From: Cycas panzhihuaensis
Taxonomy: Eukaryota; Plantae; Cycadophyta
Length of the DNA stretch: 64,000 nt
Direction: 5' to 3'
Assembly: GCA_023213395.1 (NCBI GenBank)
Contig: CM041465.1
Coordinates: 102,183,741-102,247,740, forward strand
In this document: positions 1-13,619 of the stretch, piece by piece
How the letters are laid out: each line of letters begins with the position of its first letter
Numbering within the stretch: position 1 is the stretch's first letter
The notes under the pieces: generated by a model
Seen by the model: the letters and a program-made list of their open reading frames with translations, nothing else
What the model was told of the DNA's origin: nothing
The model's database searches: none
Translations under genes and position numbers: made by a program

Positions 1-1049
1 CTAATGAGAATCTCCTCTAACTCCTCGACCAACACCTTTTCGGTCTTGTCAAGCTCTGGTGATCTGCTTGAGCTTTCGATCCTATCCCCTATAGACTTAA
101 GATCATTTGTAATATTGTCTTTTCGCTTGTTGATATTTTGGAATACCTCTTTATTCCAATCCTTAATTTGTCTCTTAATCCAATCGAGTTTCTTCGAAAA
201 TCTATACATGGCATGACCTTTAATCTGAATCTGCCACCATTCCTCTATCTTGATCCGAACATCGGGGTGCCGCATCCACATAAGCTCAAACCTGAAAGGA
301 GAGCCCGTGTAATTTCCTGGAGCCGCAAATTGAAGCAAGAGAGGGGAGTGGTCCGAACTCAATCTTGGAAGCGCCTCCAAAGAAAGGTCACTAAAGATCC
401 TTAGCCAGTCATAATTAACCAACACCCTGTCCAGCTTAATTTGGATAAGGTGGTTCCCCAACCTCTTGTTTGACCAGGTAAACGAAGCCCCCCTGAGCTT
501 AACGTCCTCCAGGCCCCCCTGTTGGAGGAAATCGCCGAATTCGCCCATACTGCTAGTCCATCCACCAACGCCCCCTCTCTTGTCGCCCGGTGACAGGGCC
601 AAATTGAAATCTCCCGCCAACAGCTAAGGTTGTTGGGAGCCCCTGTTAGCCTCCAGCAGCCTATCCCAGAGTTTCCTCCTAGCCTCCTGATTGTTTGGGG
701 CGTAAACATTTGTTGCTATCCACAAAAGATTGTTGCTTCTGTTGGTTAACCGGATCGAAATAAAAGATCCTTCAGTAAGAACAAGTTCTCCCAACCAAAT
801 CGATGGGTCCCAAAGTACCAATAGGCCCCCCACACCTTGAGCGTAATCAACCGCAATGCTTTCCGCCGAATTCCAAATTTTATTTATGGTCCTTTGGCCA
901 TTTTCCTTGGTCATTTTAGTCTCCTGAAGGAATATAAGGTCCGGAAGGTATTTATTACGCATGTCCTTTAATATTCTCTGCTTTGAGGGGGCATTAAGGC
1001 CCCTAATATTCCAACATAACAGCTTCATCTCTTTTTCCTTTGCTTCCAA
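1..1049 (-). pseudogene. LINE ORF2, APE-like endonuclease domain (frameshifted near 640, continues off the window)
   Basis: MKLLCWNIRGLN, DLIFLQETK, GGLLVLWD, TNVYAPN; a downstream frame gives PFRFELMW...KKLDWIKRQIKDWNKEVF. Confidence 0.92.
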
Positions 1050-1067
1050 ACTTCTGCAGGCTCTCCT

Positions 1068-2442
1068 TTAGGAGGCTCCTTGCCCATGATCTTTGGATCT
1101 CAGGGTAGGCCCTTCCAAAAACGTCTCCTTTAAGGTTTTCTGGTTGCCTTGATCTACTTGGGAAGCCGTTTCTTTCTCCCTTAGGAGCTTTAGTGGCGGC
1201 CTTCCAACTTTTCTTTCGGTGCCCACGTCCGGGAGCTTTCTCAAGGCCGGTTGAGGAATTGGAGCTAGATCTGGCTCCCCTAAACCCCCCCTTGGGGGGG
1301 CTGGGTCTTCTTCCCCCTGCCCCTGGGGCAACAATTCGCTAGGAGCCATAGTAGCCTCCACAGCAGAGGCCAGGCCAAATCCTCCCTCATCTGTCTTAAC
1401 GCTCACCTGAAATAATTCAGGAAGGGAAGTTTGAGTCTTCGAAGTGATCCTACTCGGGGAGAGAGCCCCTAAGGTAACCTCGCCAACCTGGCCCCTCGGA
1501 GCCGCAGAAGTTTGCACCTCTAGCTCGCCTTCCTCGAAGAGCGTATCCTCTTCATTTGGGTCGAACCCCACATCCCCCATTTGAGTCACACCTGGTTCAG
1601 TGTGGCCTTCACAATCTGGAGCCGCCTTTTGAGTATCATCCTTCTCCTCCTGGGCCATTGGTTCTGGGGGGGTCTTATCGTTCACCACCGTAGAAGGTTG
1701 AATGCCTGGGCATTTATAGGGCAAGTGGCCCAGTAATCTGCAGGTGGAGCACCTTATGTGATCCATTTCATAAATCAATGGCTGCCTCCATGACCCTTCT
1801 GGCAGCACAAGCCGGATGTGATCCAAGAGGGGCTTGTCGAGCCGAGCTAAGGCACAAATCCTGGCGTTAATAAGCCTACTCCTGTTCTTGGTCGCGGAAT
1901 CAACAGCTAAAAGGGGACCCACCGCCTTAGCTATGCCCCTGAAAACTTCTGGGTTCCAATGATGCAAAGGGAGACCCGGGAGCTGGATCCAAAGGGGGGC
2001 TTGTTTGATTTTGGGAGTAGAGGGATCAAAGTCCCTGTGCCATTTTTCCAAAGGATGTGGCTTTCCTGCCAAACATCCAAGGCGCCCTGAGCAAGATACT
2101 GGACAAATCCTCGAAGGAGGAGAACTTGAATAGCACACAACCCTTGGGCATGGCTATAACTTCCACTATCCCATTCGTTTTCCATTTGGTCCTCGTCCAA
2201 TTTCTAATGGGGTCTAGGCCCGGTCTGGGGCCTGAAAACCTGCCAACCAAGCAGTTCTCCCATAGTTTCTCAGTTCTTTCAGCGAGAGCTGAGGGTATTT
2301 TCAGTGTTGCTTCATTGTCAATAACCTCAGGGGTTAGGTCAAAGGTTTCCTGATCACATGATTTCAGCGCATCTCGATAGGATTTCCCGGGAGACGGGAT
2401 AATGGTTTGGGTCTGGTTTTGAAGGATATGGTCCATTGACAT
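1068..2442 (-). pseudogene. LINE ORF1 (DUF4283-like region plus zinc knuckle), one frameshift near 2060
   Basis: LWENCLVGRF, GCVLFKFSSFED, RAPWMFG / LEKWHRDFDP, PLWIQLPGLPLHHW, CSTCRLLGHLPYKC. Confidence 0.92.
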
Positions 2443-3000
2443 TTCATCAATTTAAGAAATAGCATAAAGCCAACAGAACAAAGCATGTCATAGCTGGAAA
2501 CTGCTCAAAGATAACTTGTGCGTTCCATACCTCTGAGCCACACAGTGCACTGAAGTCCGGAGGCTCCACAGAAGGATCGCTGTCATCACTTAGCTTCAGG
2601 CGCCCTAGCAGTACAGCCTTCCCCAAGATATAGAGCGCCTCCAGGCTGGAAACAACGCCTAACCCTCGTCTCCCTCCTTCTGCCGCCGAAGAGATCACAT
2701 GCAGCCTGAGTATAGCAAGCCAACGCCTAGAGCTGAGAAGCTTCAGATCCTCATGCCATAGACTGCCACGCTGAACACATCTTGAGTGGGTCGATGCATG
2801 CACCAAACCCCCAGAGTTGCCTCGGGCCCTAGCACGCCCTGCGTGATCATCCAGAGGACGCCATTGCGCCTCGATACACCCTGGTTCGCCCGCCGCCGCC
2901 ACTCCGGAACCCTAACGTTTGCAGGTCTTCGTCTTCGACTCGCTTCGCTTCTTCAGAACCTCACATGACTAGGTATATCGATTTGCCAATCCATGCATAC

Positions 3001-3337
3001 TCAGAAGTTAAATATATCACATGCTTCACAAAAATATTAATCTCCTAATTACCTTTTCTTAAGCATAATTGATACTTTATATTCTAAAAAGCACATCTTG
3101 CCATTTTTAGGACTTTAATGTAATTTTGAGGTCCTAAATGATCCTTTCCTGGTAGAAGTCTATATAAGTATGTCTATGGAAACTCAACATAACCTATTTA
3201 TATTAAAAATTATATATCTCATATTGAACTTTGATTTTGGTGTGTGATTTATCAAAAACAAACTAGTAATATGGGAGACATATTAGTTTTAATATCGGTA
3301 AATTTTTTGCACTAGGAATGTGGATGTTCCCACATCA
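3001..3337 (-). repeat. 3' LTR of the CRM-like element (partial, interrupted by the LINE)
   Basis: Aligns by eye with about 11143-11519. Confidence 0.85.
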
Positions 3338-6300
3338 TTCTTTTAGGGTTGAAAAGAACTCTACTCTTTCAAGTTGAGATTATGAAATTCCAACCTCTTT
3401 GTATAGTCCAACCTCCTTAACTCCTCTTCTGTAACCATATACAATCCCTCTATTATAATCCCTTCTGTTGGACCAAATATCTATTGTAATTCCCTTGCCT
3501 AATATTCATAGTATTTATGTCTAGAACTGATTTTATCTCTTCTTTTTTCTTTTGAGGCATATGATATCTATAATTCACTTTTATTTTTTCATCTCTTCTA
3601 TCATTTCCCTCTTGATAATCATATAAATTAGAAATACTAAAAACTACAGAAATATCATATTCTGAGGATAAATTTACCTTTGATTTTCTTTATAATCTAA
3701 CATGGAATAATCTTCTTATACTTTAACTTATTATATGTTCCTTGAGGAAACTTATCTTTTCTTAAATAAACTATTACTAAGCCACTAACTTTAAATACTT
3801 TATGCCTCTTATCCATGTTATTTATTGCCTTATAACTTTTATTACTATCTTGTAGCTTTTGCCTTAGTTTTTATGCATCTACTGTATATGCTCTGCAAAT
3901 GCCTTTACATCATTACTTATCCTTTGATGGCAACCGTGCCAAATCTAGAACTCCCTTCAAATTTTGATCACAGATAATCTAGAATGGTGACTTTCCTATT
4001 AGCATGTTCATAAAGTTATTATACATAAAATTAGCCTATGTTAATTCTAAGTCCTACTTCTTAGGTTTTTTCCCCATAATGCATTTTAATAGATTTTAAA
4101 ATTTTCTATTCACCACTTCCATTTACTTATTTATTTTTGGATGATAAGCACTACTAAATTGTAGCCTTGTTCTTAGCTTTTTCTATAGAGCCCTCTATAA
4201 ATAACTCAAAAATTTACTATTTTGATTTGAAATAATAGTCTTTGGAATGCTATATAGTCTAACAACCTCTTTGAAAAGTAAATTGGCTATCTTAATTATA
4301 TCATTTATCTTTTTATATGCAATGAAATAAGTTATTTTTAAGAATCTATCCACAACAAAGATAGAATCATTCCCTCACAGGGTATTCAACAATCCCAACA
4401 TAAAGTCCATGTTGAGGTCAACCTATAGTCCCTTAGGTACTTGTAATAGTATGCATAGCCTTGTATTCTAGGCTTATCCTTTCATCACTTAGCACACTTT
4501 GCATCATTCCATAAACTTCTCCATTTTTCTTCTCATCTTTAGTCAATAATGCTTCTCTTCCACTAAGTCGATGGTCTTGTTCCTTCTAAGATATCCAACA
4601 AGACCTCCACTATGCATCTCCTATAATGTTGTTCCTCACGGAACCAATAGGGATATATAATTAGCTTCCTTTAAATAGATAACCATCTTATAAAAGATAA
4701 TCATCATATAATGAACCACTACTATTAGCTAAGAGATTCTAATAGTGTTTAATTACCTTTCTAAAGTTTGTATCTGTTTTATACAAATCCTCTATAGCCT
4801 TGAACCTAATCACTTCTCTTATCATAGTGGTTAACATTGCCACCCTCTTACTCAATGCATTTTTCACCTAGTTTTGCTTTCTTAACTTATGCTTTAACAC
4901 AAAGATGAAACTCTATAAAGATTAAATCCACTTGGCATATCTAATATTCAACTTCTTTTCAGTGCTGGCATACCTCAACGCTTGATGGTTCATAATTAAA
5001 ATAAATTCCTTAGGCATAAGGTAGTGCCTCCAATATCTCAAATCCTACATAATAGAATAAAATTCTATATTTCAAGTGGAATATCCCTTCTTTACATCAT
5101 TCGATATTTTATTATAAAATGTGATTGATCTTCCTTCATGATTTAACACAACTCCAATAGTAACATGGGAGGCATTATAGTCAACCTCAAAATATTTTTG
5201 TAAAACCTAATAGCATTAATGTATATGCTTTTATCACCTTTCACTTTTATCAATTTGAAACTCTAATCTATTACCTTAGTCTAGATAAACTCCTTGTACT
5301 TTGTATAATTTATTAAAGCAGAAATAATACAGCTAAAATTTCTTATAAACCTCTTGTAAAATATGGCTAAGCTATAGAAGCTCTTCACCTTTGTTACACT
5401 CTTAAGTTTAGGCCATTCAACAATGGCTCTAATCCTCTCCTCATTTATATATAATACATCTTGAGAAATTACAAATCTTAAAAGTACTATACTACTTTGC
5501 ATAAACTTATATTTCTTCATGTTTGCGTATAATATCTTTGCCCTTAATATATCTAGCACCATCCCAAGGTGCATTAAATGCTCCTCATTAGTTTTACTAA
5601 CAATTAAAATGTCATCAAAATAAACTACAATAAACTTAGTAATATATGGTCATAGAATCATGTTCATCATTCTCACGAATATGCTCAAAGAATTTGACAT
5701 CTTGAATGGCATGACTAGCCACTTATACAATCCATCTCTTGTTTTGAAGGCTATCTTGTATTCGTCCCCTTCCTAGATTTGAATATGATAATAACTATTT
5801 CCTAGGTTAATTTTGGTGAAATAAGACATAATTACCAAAACATATATTATATCATTTATGTAAGAGATAGGGAACATGTACTTAATTATGATTTTATTGA
5901 TTACTCTACAATTAATACACATCCTCCAAGAGCCATCTTTCTTTGGGGTTAGAAGTACAGGAGTCATACATGGACTCAAACTTTCTCTTACCATCCATTT
6001 CTTTAATAACTCACTAACTTGCCTATTTAATTCTTCATTCTCCATAAGGCTTAACATATATATACTATTTGATTTAGTAATGTAGACCCTATAATCAAGT
6101 CAATCTGAAGTTGGATGTCTTTCTTTAGTGGTAAACCATCTAAGAGTTCATCAAGCATAATATCACTATGCTCCTATAATATTTCAATAACTTCTTATAG
6201 TATTAGTGCCTGGTCATCATTATCTTCTATCTAATTTACCACCAAGGCACAACAAGATCCTACCTCCTTTACTTCCCTTTTTTTTTTTTGTTATTAGCAT

Positions 6301-6821
6301 ACTCTTGGTATGTCCTTCCTCTTTAATAGGCAATAACATCCCCTTCACACCATCCTTTCCAGAAGGTGCAAGTATTCTTCTTTCTATTGTGATAAGCACT
6401 CCTATCATACTTCCTGACCTCTCTAATAACACATGGAATGCATCTATTAGAAGGACATCACACTATACCTCATTGTAGTATGTATTACCAATGATAAATT
6501 TCACTAGATAATGCTTATATACAACCACCTCACTCCCTTTTTCCACCCAATAAATTCATTAGGGAGTTGGATGACTTTCATATTGTGGGCTTAGTTTTTT
6601 TACCACCTCATTAGGAATTATATTCCTTAGTTACCACTATTAATAACAATTTTATAAACCTTATATCTAGAGGTGAATTTCATTTAGAAGATATTATTGT
6701 ATAACTATATATCATCACTTGCCATTACTTTCCCTTCATTCTATGCTTGGCCTTATTTGAGAGCAATCAAAGTTCTCTTCAATATCAAGTTCTCCCCTAT
6801 ATTTGTTGTAAATTTTGTATG

Positions 6822-9511
6822 TTTTTTTTTTTTTTTTTGATATGGTAAAAATGAAATTATAGGGGTTTTATCTCGGGTCCCCAAACCCGTACATCAAGCC
6901 AAACGGCTTAGCGGTCGACCATGACAGCCCATGGTCTAGCCCAAGAACTATCTCCAAACCTCCTCGCTTAACCCCACCAATATGAGCTTCAAAGACCCAC
7001 TGCACTCGAAACTCCTGCAGGTAATCCCTTATCCGGACCCTCGAACTCGATTTGCAATCGCGGTTAGCCGACCAATCGGTGCCTATTCCCTTCACGAACG
7101 TGTCTTTGGATCTTCACTTCAACTTTGGACCTCAAAATGATCCGGGCATCCCTAAAAATATCTACTGTTGTCCCATCCTAATCGCTTCCCTTTCAAACAT
7201 TTTATGACATACATAGAATCCCTTCTATAATCACCTTCGGGTGCCCGCCTCATCCAACAGGAAGTCGCTTTCGGCATTGCCCTCACCTCGCCTTTTGGTC
7301 TCGTCTGCTCCCCATATATTACGCAAAGGCCCACTTTAAATTGCCCTCGTGATCCCTTAGCGGACCTCCTCACTTGCTTCCCAGGGTTTCCTTTAGCCGC
7401 TCCATCAAAGTTCACCTTATCCCACTGAATATCTGGGGGCTGCCATTTAACGTCCCTAATCCTCTTCCTAGCCCATTGTGGGAGTAAGACCCCACTTTTT
7501 CAAGATGCCTTCTTCCTCCACAGGAGTCCTGTCCCCTTTAGGCACCTCTAACATTTCTAAGATACCTTTCCTGATCTCCACTACCAGGATCCACCATCCT
7601 TCTCTCTTCCCTCAAAGATCCTCCTATTCCGCTCTCTCCAAATATGCGAGCCAACCCAGTAAGATCATTCTCATTCTTTTGAGGGTTTTACTTTTAAAAG
7701 GAGCGACCAAGCTATCCATTGGTCTAAAGGGAATTTGATGAAACCAGTGCCACCCCATCCACGACGAAATTATTCCAAATGTTCACCGAGAAAGGGCAAT
7801 GGATACTAAGGTGATCCAAGGTTTCAACGTCTCTCTTGCAAAGCACACACCTGCTAGCCACCGGAAGCCCTTTTAATAAGTTATCCAAGGTAAGTAATTT
7901 ATTTTGGAGGCTCACCACCGTAGCAAAGAATTTTGGAAGAATTCCTAACTTCCAAACCCGCTAGAATATCATCCTTAACCTTCCTCGACCTCAAATTATA
8001 GCCCTCTTTCACCGAATAAGAGCCATCACCGAGGCAGCAAACCAATATGTCGGCCGGGCCTCTTGGATATACCGGGTCCTTAATATCTCCCCGACTCTTT
8101 GAATCCCATCCTCAAAACCTTGCGGTGTCCTCGAACAATCTCCATCTCCTATCCCCTTTAGCCCTTCCCAAGAGTTTTTAACCATCGGACCATAACGGGC
8201 AACACATTCCCTTTGCAAATCTCCAATGTTAGGTAACTCCTCTAATATGGATTGCCCGCACCATCTGTCTTCCCAGAACTTTATGCTTTCTCCATCCCCA
8301 ACTTCCATCTCATACCTTCACGCAGAATAGACCTAGAAGATCTGATGGCCTTCCAAATCGAGGAGCCTTCCAAGCAATGCCCCTCCTCCAGCAGAAAATG
8401 GTTGTCCCCCATATATTTCCTAGCCAATATCCTCCCCCACACCGCATCAAGATCTCAGAGTGAGTCTCCACCCCAACTTGGCCAAAAGGGCTTCATTAAA
8501 AAAGCCCAATCTTCTGACGCTGAGGCCTCCCGCCCATTTGGGCTTGCAAACCTTCTCCCAAGACACCAGGTGGAATCTCCTTCTATCTTCGGACCCTGAC
8601 CAAAGAAATCTCTTCATGATCCCTTCCAAAGTCGCAATAACCTTCGGGCATCTTAAAAGCGACATCCGATAAACAGGGAATGCTCGCAAGGACGCCACAA
8701 CGAGTTGGATTTTCTGCCAACCGAGGAGAGCCCCTTTCCACCTCGCCTTCTTATTAAATCTGCTCACTACCGGATCCCACAAAGACTGCCTCATCTTGCC
8801 CACAAATAAAGGCATGCCGAGGTAGGAGCTCGGAAGGGATCCCCAGCCATCGCCAATATCCCGCTAATTCTTCTCTCACGCCTCCGGAGTGTTAATGAAG
8901 AAAGCTAAGCTTTTGTCAAGGTTGATTTTCTGATTTGTGGCCTTTTCATAAGCCTGGAGACCCGATTTTAAAGCCCTAGCCTCAGCTAAGGAGGCCCTAC
9001 ACAAAAAAATGTTGTCATCAACAAACTGATGGAGCACAATCTTGTCCAGGTTGGAGGTGGCTCTCAAACCACTTAGCCTACCCATCCGCTGAGCCTCCAA
9101 TGTAGCCCCGCCTAACATTTCACCATAATGATGAAAAGGAAAGGGGAAAGGGGGTCCCCTTGCCTCAATCCCCTAGAGCCACGAAAGAAAGGAGTCGACC
9201 TGCCATTAATAAGCACCGAAAAGGAAACACTAGAGACACAACATCTCATCCAGTCTCTCCAGACTTTCCCGAAGCCAAATGCCTCGAGGCAATCTAGCAG
9301 GCAATCCCACGCCACTCTATCATAAGCTTTTGACATATCTGTTTTAATCATCATTCCGGCCTCCTTACGGTGGAGCGTCGAATGCAGGGTTTCGTGGACA
9401 ATTATAATACCGTCTGTGATTTGTCTCCCTTTCACGAAACCATCCTGGTTAGGAGAAATGATCCCTGGTAAGGTCTCCCTCAACCGGTTTGCAAGCACTT
9501 TGGACAATATT
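6822..9511 (-). mobile_element. 5'-truncated L1 LINE (RT, zf-RVT-like and RNase H regions) with poly(A) tail and 16-18 bp TSD
   Basis: Poly-T at 6822-6838; TSD TTGTAAATTTTGTATG(TT) at 6806 and 9512; SKVLANRL, KTDMSKAYDRV, RGLRQGDPLSPFLF, HQFVDD, CVLCKRDVETLDHL, NFDGAAKGNPG. Confidence 0.95.
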
Positions 9512-10788
9512 TTGTAAATTTTGTATGTTATTCCTTAACTTAAGCCAAATTTACTCTTAGCTACTCCCCTTGGTTTCTTGACTAATCGTAATAATAAGAG
9601 CACTCAAATGCCTTATCACCTTCTTCATTATATATGGAGTAAATAATAGGCCTTCTTAGTGTCTTACCTCCTCTACCAAAGCATCTGCTCTTATGTACTC
9701 CTTGGAAACCTTTGCCTCTTAGCTAGCTTTAGAATATTTTAAGCTCTTATCTCCCTAGGGCTATACCCTGCCTCACATCTTCCTATTAATTTAATTACAT
9801 AATTCTCTATGGGAGTAATTAAATCCATCCTTGCCTTTAAATAGGAATTATGGACCTTTTCTTATCATAGGCAACTTTTTAGCATGGTTTTTATTTTATT
9901 TCTTCTTAGCCTTGAATACAAATTGATAAGCATCTTAAACACTATTAATCCTAAGCATGCTCAATTCATTATGAAAGGAAAGCTTTAGGCCATTTATATA
10001 CCTAACAATCATCTCTTATTTTGGACCACCATACTCTACCCTAATAGACATATTGTAAAACTTATCTATGTAACCTTGGACACTCATTTCCCTTTACCTC
10101 AAGTTTAAGAATTTTTTGAATAAATTTTGTTAGGAGTCCATTATGAGGAATTTCTCCTTCAATTTTTTTACCATCTTATTCTAATTTCTAAGCTTATCAT
10201 TTCCTTTTTTCACCCTCTCTTTCTATAAGTGATCATATTATATCATTGCATGGTCCTTCATCTTGGTATATGAAAGTTATACTTTCTTTTCTTCACGCAG
10301 ATCCTTTCATTCAAAGAATTTCTTCATGTTGTTCAACCAATTGACCAACTCTTTATACTTTAACTTGTTGTTGTACTTTAGAACATCAATTATCACTCCA
10401 TTTTTCTTTTTTTCTAGTTCTCTTAACATCATCTCCTTATATTATGATGGTTCTTGGTATTCCTTTTTGTTACACTCCACTTTAACCTTAGTCTCTGTCT
10501 CTACATCATTGCCATCTCCTCTTGGTTCTTGTCCATTCCTCTAGCTTGCTCCTTGTTGTCTCATCATCACTTTAGTAAGTTCTTCTACTCTTATCTATAA
10601 CTCTTGTATGCTTTTATTCAATTGTGTATTTGATCCTTTGGCTATATTATGTCTCAAACTATTTACTTCCTTTTTATAAATACTATTAACCCACTTCTAA
10701 TACTTCTTAATTAGATTTTTAAAAGAAATTTACAAACTTACCATTAGTTTATTATAATCTTCTTACTCCCCTCTTAGAGATAAACTAT

Positions 10789-10800
10789 GCTTTGATATCA
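10789..10800 (-). promoter_or_regulatory. Degenerate tRNA-iMet primer-binding site
   Basis: GCTTTGATATCA versus canonical reverse complement GCTCTGATACCA. Confidence 0.7.
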
Positions 10801-10802
10801 GA

Positions 10803-11519
10803 TGATAGATTAGAGGTTCCTTCAAATAACAACACATGCATTCAAAAGAAACTAAGAAAATTAGAGTGAAAATAGAGTCAATATTTATGAGAACACCTTT
10901 GATGAAAAATTTCTATCTCTTATTCTAAAAATTAAAGAAAATCCCATTTTATAATATAAAACTATATAAATTTTAGGCTTCTATCCATGTAAAAATTCTA
11001 ACTATGATCTCCTAAAATTAGGCAATGATTTGGAGTGAAAAAACTCCTGATTCAACAATTTTCTATTTTTGGCATATTCTTAATTATTGTTATTTTTGGT
11101 AAATTTTTTAAAAGATCTCTAATTCTCTCAAAAATTATCCTATGAGTAGTTAAACATATCATAAGCTCCACTAAAACATTAATCTCCCAATTACCTTTTC
11201 TTAAACATAATTAATACTTGATATCCTGAAAAGTACATCTTTCCATTTTTGTGACTTTTACATATCTAAACTAAAAATATGATTTTAACGCCCTAAATGA
11301 CTTTTTCTTAGGGATGGCTATCTAGATATGCCTGTGGCAACTTTGTATAGATATGGCTAGAGTAACTCCATACAATTTCTTTATATTAAAACTTATAGAT
11401 CTTAGGCCATACTTTAATTTTGTAGGTGATTTATAAAATCCAAATTAATAATAAGGGAGGTGTGCTAATTTTAGTATAGGTAAATTTTTTTTATTAGGAA
11501 TGTGGATGCTATTGCATCA
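10803..11519 (-). repeat. 5' LTR of the CRM-like element
   Basis: TGAT...CATCA termini, next to the PBS. Confidence 0.8.
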
Positions 11520-12049
11520 TCCTCTGTCATAATGAATGAACTTAAATATAATTCCTTTAGTAGTCCTTTATGTATCAACTTTGATAAGAACCACACTTAT
11601 CTAGTATACATATTATCCTAATATTTGTCATTGTTTATTTAGTTGATATAACTATTATTACCTGTACTTAAGAGAGACATACAATATGAAGTGGTAATTT
11701 TATAAAATTCAAGATAATTTTCTTCATTCATTCTTTGGGAGAGATACATATGCCATGTTTTAATAATTTACCAAGAGGTTTGAAATAACTAACATTAAGA
11801 AAATAAGGTTAAGTTTTACCTATCACAAAAAACTATTTCTTATTTAGGATACATTATGATGAGGGAGAAGTGAATGCAAATCTTTCTAAGACCAAGGATG
11901 GGCTTGTCTAATCTACCAACAACATCTCCATCAAACAGGTTAGAGCTCTATATTTATAGATTGACCAAAGCTTTTAGATTATTTAATAAGTAGAAGCTTA
12001 TATTTAGTTGTGTTGAAGGTCAATAATGTCCATTTTAATTGTTAAAATA

Positions 12050-12290
12050 CACTATGCTTGACACTCATGTTGGTATTATCCAACCTACATATACCATTCA
12101 AAATTAATATGGATGTATCAAAACACATAATGGGATTTGTTCTCACATACTAGGGAAAGGTAATTTCTTGTGACTTGAGACATTTAAAAGCACACTTTGG
12201 AATTACTTAGTAGATACGCACTATTGTACATGTGAAATACTTGGGATAATATTTCCTTGGTAAGGAAATAAGCATATATTTTTACTGTGT
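12050..12290 (+). pseudogene. Isolated Ty3/gypsy RNase H remnant
   Basis: Manual translation NLHIPFKINMDVSKHIMGFVLTY*GKVIS ... YFLGKE resembles PFEIETDASxxAMGAVLxQxGKPI ... YLLGKE. Confidence 0.5.
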
Positions 12291-13619
12291 TACTTTACTT
12301 TGTAAAAGGGAGATGAGGAGAAGAAAAATTAGTTGATATATCTATAATAATCCCTCATTATCATCAAGCACAAGAGTGGTATATTTAGATATAACATATA
12401 AGGCTTTTAAAACTAGGCTCATTCTTATTCACTACTAATTGCTACATTTGTTGCATATTAGATATTTTGAACTTAGAGAATCACATAAATGATATAGATT
12501 GATGCTAATTTTATAGATTTGCATGTCATTATAAACCATTCTTCATAGATATTAGAGGCCAACCACCATTAATACTTTCCTTAGAGGGTGGATTGCTTTA
12601 CAATGCTTTACAAACCATACTTTGTATATTAGTAGGAAGAATAGTGTAGCATTTAAAGTAGGAAACCAGAAGATGTAAATGAAGACTCCTTTTAAAACCT
12701 AAAATGAACTATGTTTGAAATGTTGTTTAATTTTCATATTCCCTTCATTTTTTCTAAAAAAGAACCTTTTTAGTATTATTTCACCTCCTTAAAATAATAT
12801 TCCTTTAAAAAAGGAATTTATTTTTTAAAATATGTAAGTTTTACATACCAATTTTCTTTTAAAAACACTTTATAGAAGATGTATTTTACATACACACACA
12901 CACATATATATATATATATAAAATTTATATTATAATGCTTTTAAAAGTCACTAAAATATAAAATTTTGTTGGTTGATTTTGTTGATAATTATGCCCTATA
13001 AATGTCTCTAAATTAATGATTTTAAGTTTCTATTTTATTAAATTAAAATTAAACATTAGCTTTTAGTGTGCCCATTGTCTTTTGTGTCAATATCAATATT
13101 CAAATACATTGTTATCTATTAATATAAGTGCTTATACAAATTAATTATATAAATATATACAATAATTATAGTATGCTTATGTATAGTCTTTTAAAAATAA
13201 TTAAGGCTGTCGGGTTCATGAGTTCATGTGTTTATAGGTTTGAAGAACTCGATCCCTCCCTCCAAAAATAGGATTTGTGAGTTTGGGTTTGTCAAAGTTT
13301 TTAAATTAAAAAAAATAAAAGGAAGGAAAAAACCTCAAACATTGAAAATAATCATTAAGCATATACTCAATGATACATTAAATAATTATGTAAATAAAAA
13401 TAAAAATAAAAATAAATAAATTTAATATAATAATAAACATGAATTATCTAAGATTAAACATTTTCTATATATATATAATGACATATTAAATAATTATAAT
13501 TTAAGTCAATTGAATTATCATTACTATATTATGATATTTTGTACAAGAATGATAAATGTTAATGGCATAAATTAATAACATTAAATTAAATATAAATGCG
13601 CAAACTATAGACAAGGGAT

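Larger units (their letters stand above)
1..3000 (-). mobile_element. L1-clade LINE, 5' part (5'UTR, ORF1, start of ORF2); runs off the left edge; inserted in the 3' LTR of the CRM-like element
   Basis: ORF1 and endonuclease motifs below; GC/CpG-rich 5'UTR at 2443-2970; abrupt switch to AT-rich LTR sequence at about 3001. Right boundary approximate. Confidence 0.93.
3001..11519 (-). mobile_element. Decayed Ty3/gypsy chromovirus, CRM-like
   Basis: Two LTR copies end ...GGAATGTGGATG...CATCA (3337 and 11519); decayed PBS; RT motif SPCMTPVLLTPKKDGSWRMCINCRVINKI (5773-6057); RNase H and integrase remnants at 3400-5600; gag remnants at 9530-10660. Confidence 0.88.

Noticed and set aside
2447-2968. 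151-aa and 60-aa ORFs upstream of LINE ORF1
   Set aside because: GC-rich LINE 5'UTR where chance ORFs are expected; no motif recognised
11849-11938. Possible 90-bp host exon (AG...GT bounded)
   Set aside because: All three frames contain a stop, no recognisable protein, adjacent to a gypsy remnant
13202-13300. Possible hAT terminal inverted repeat (TAAGGCTGTCGGGTTC...)
   Set aside because: No partner TIR or 8-bp TSD found in the window
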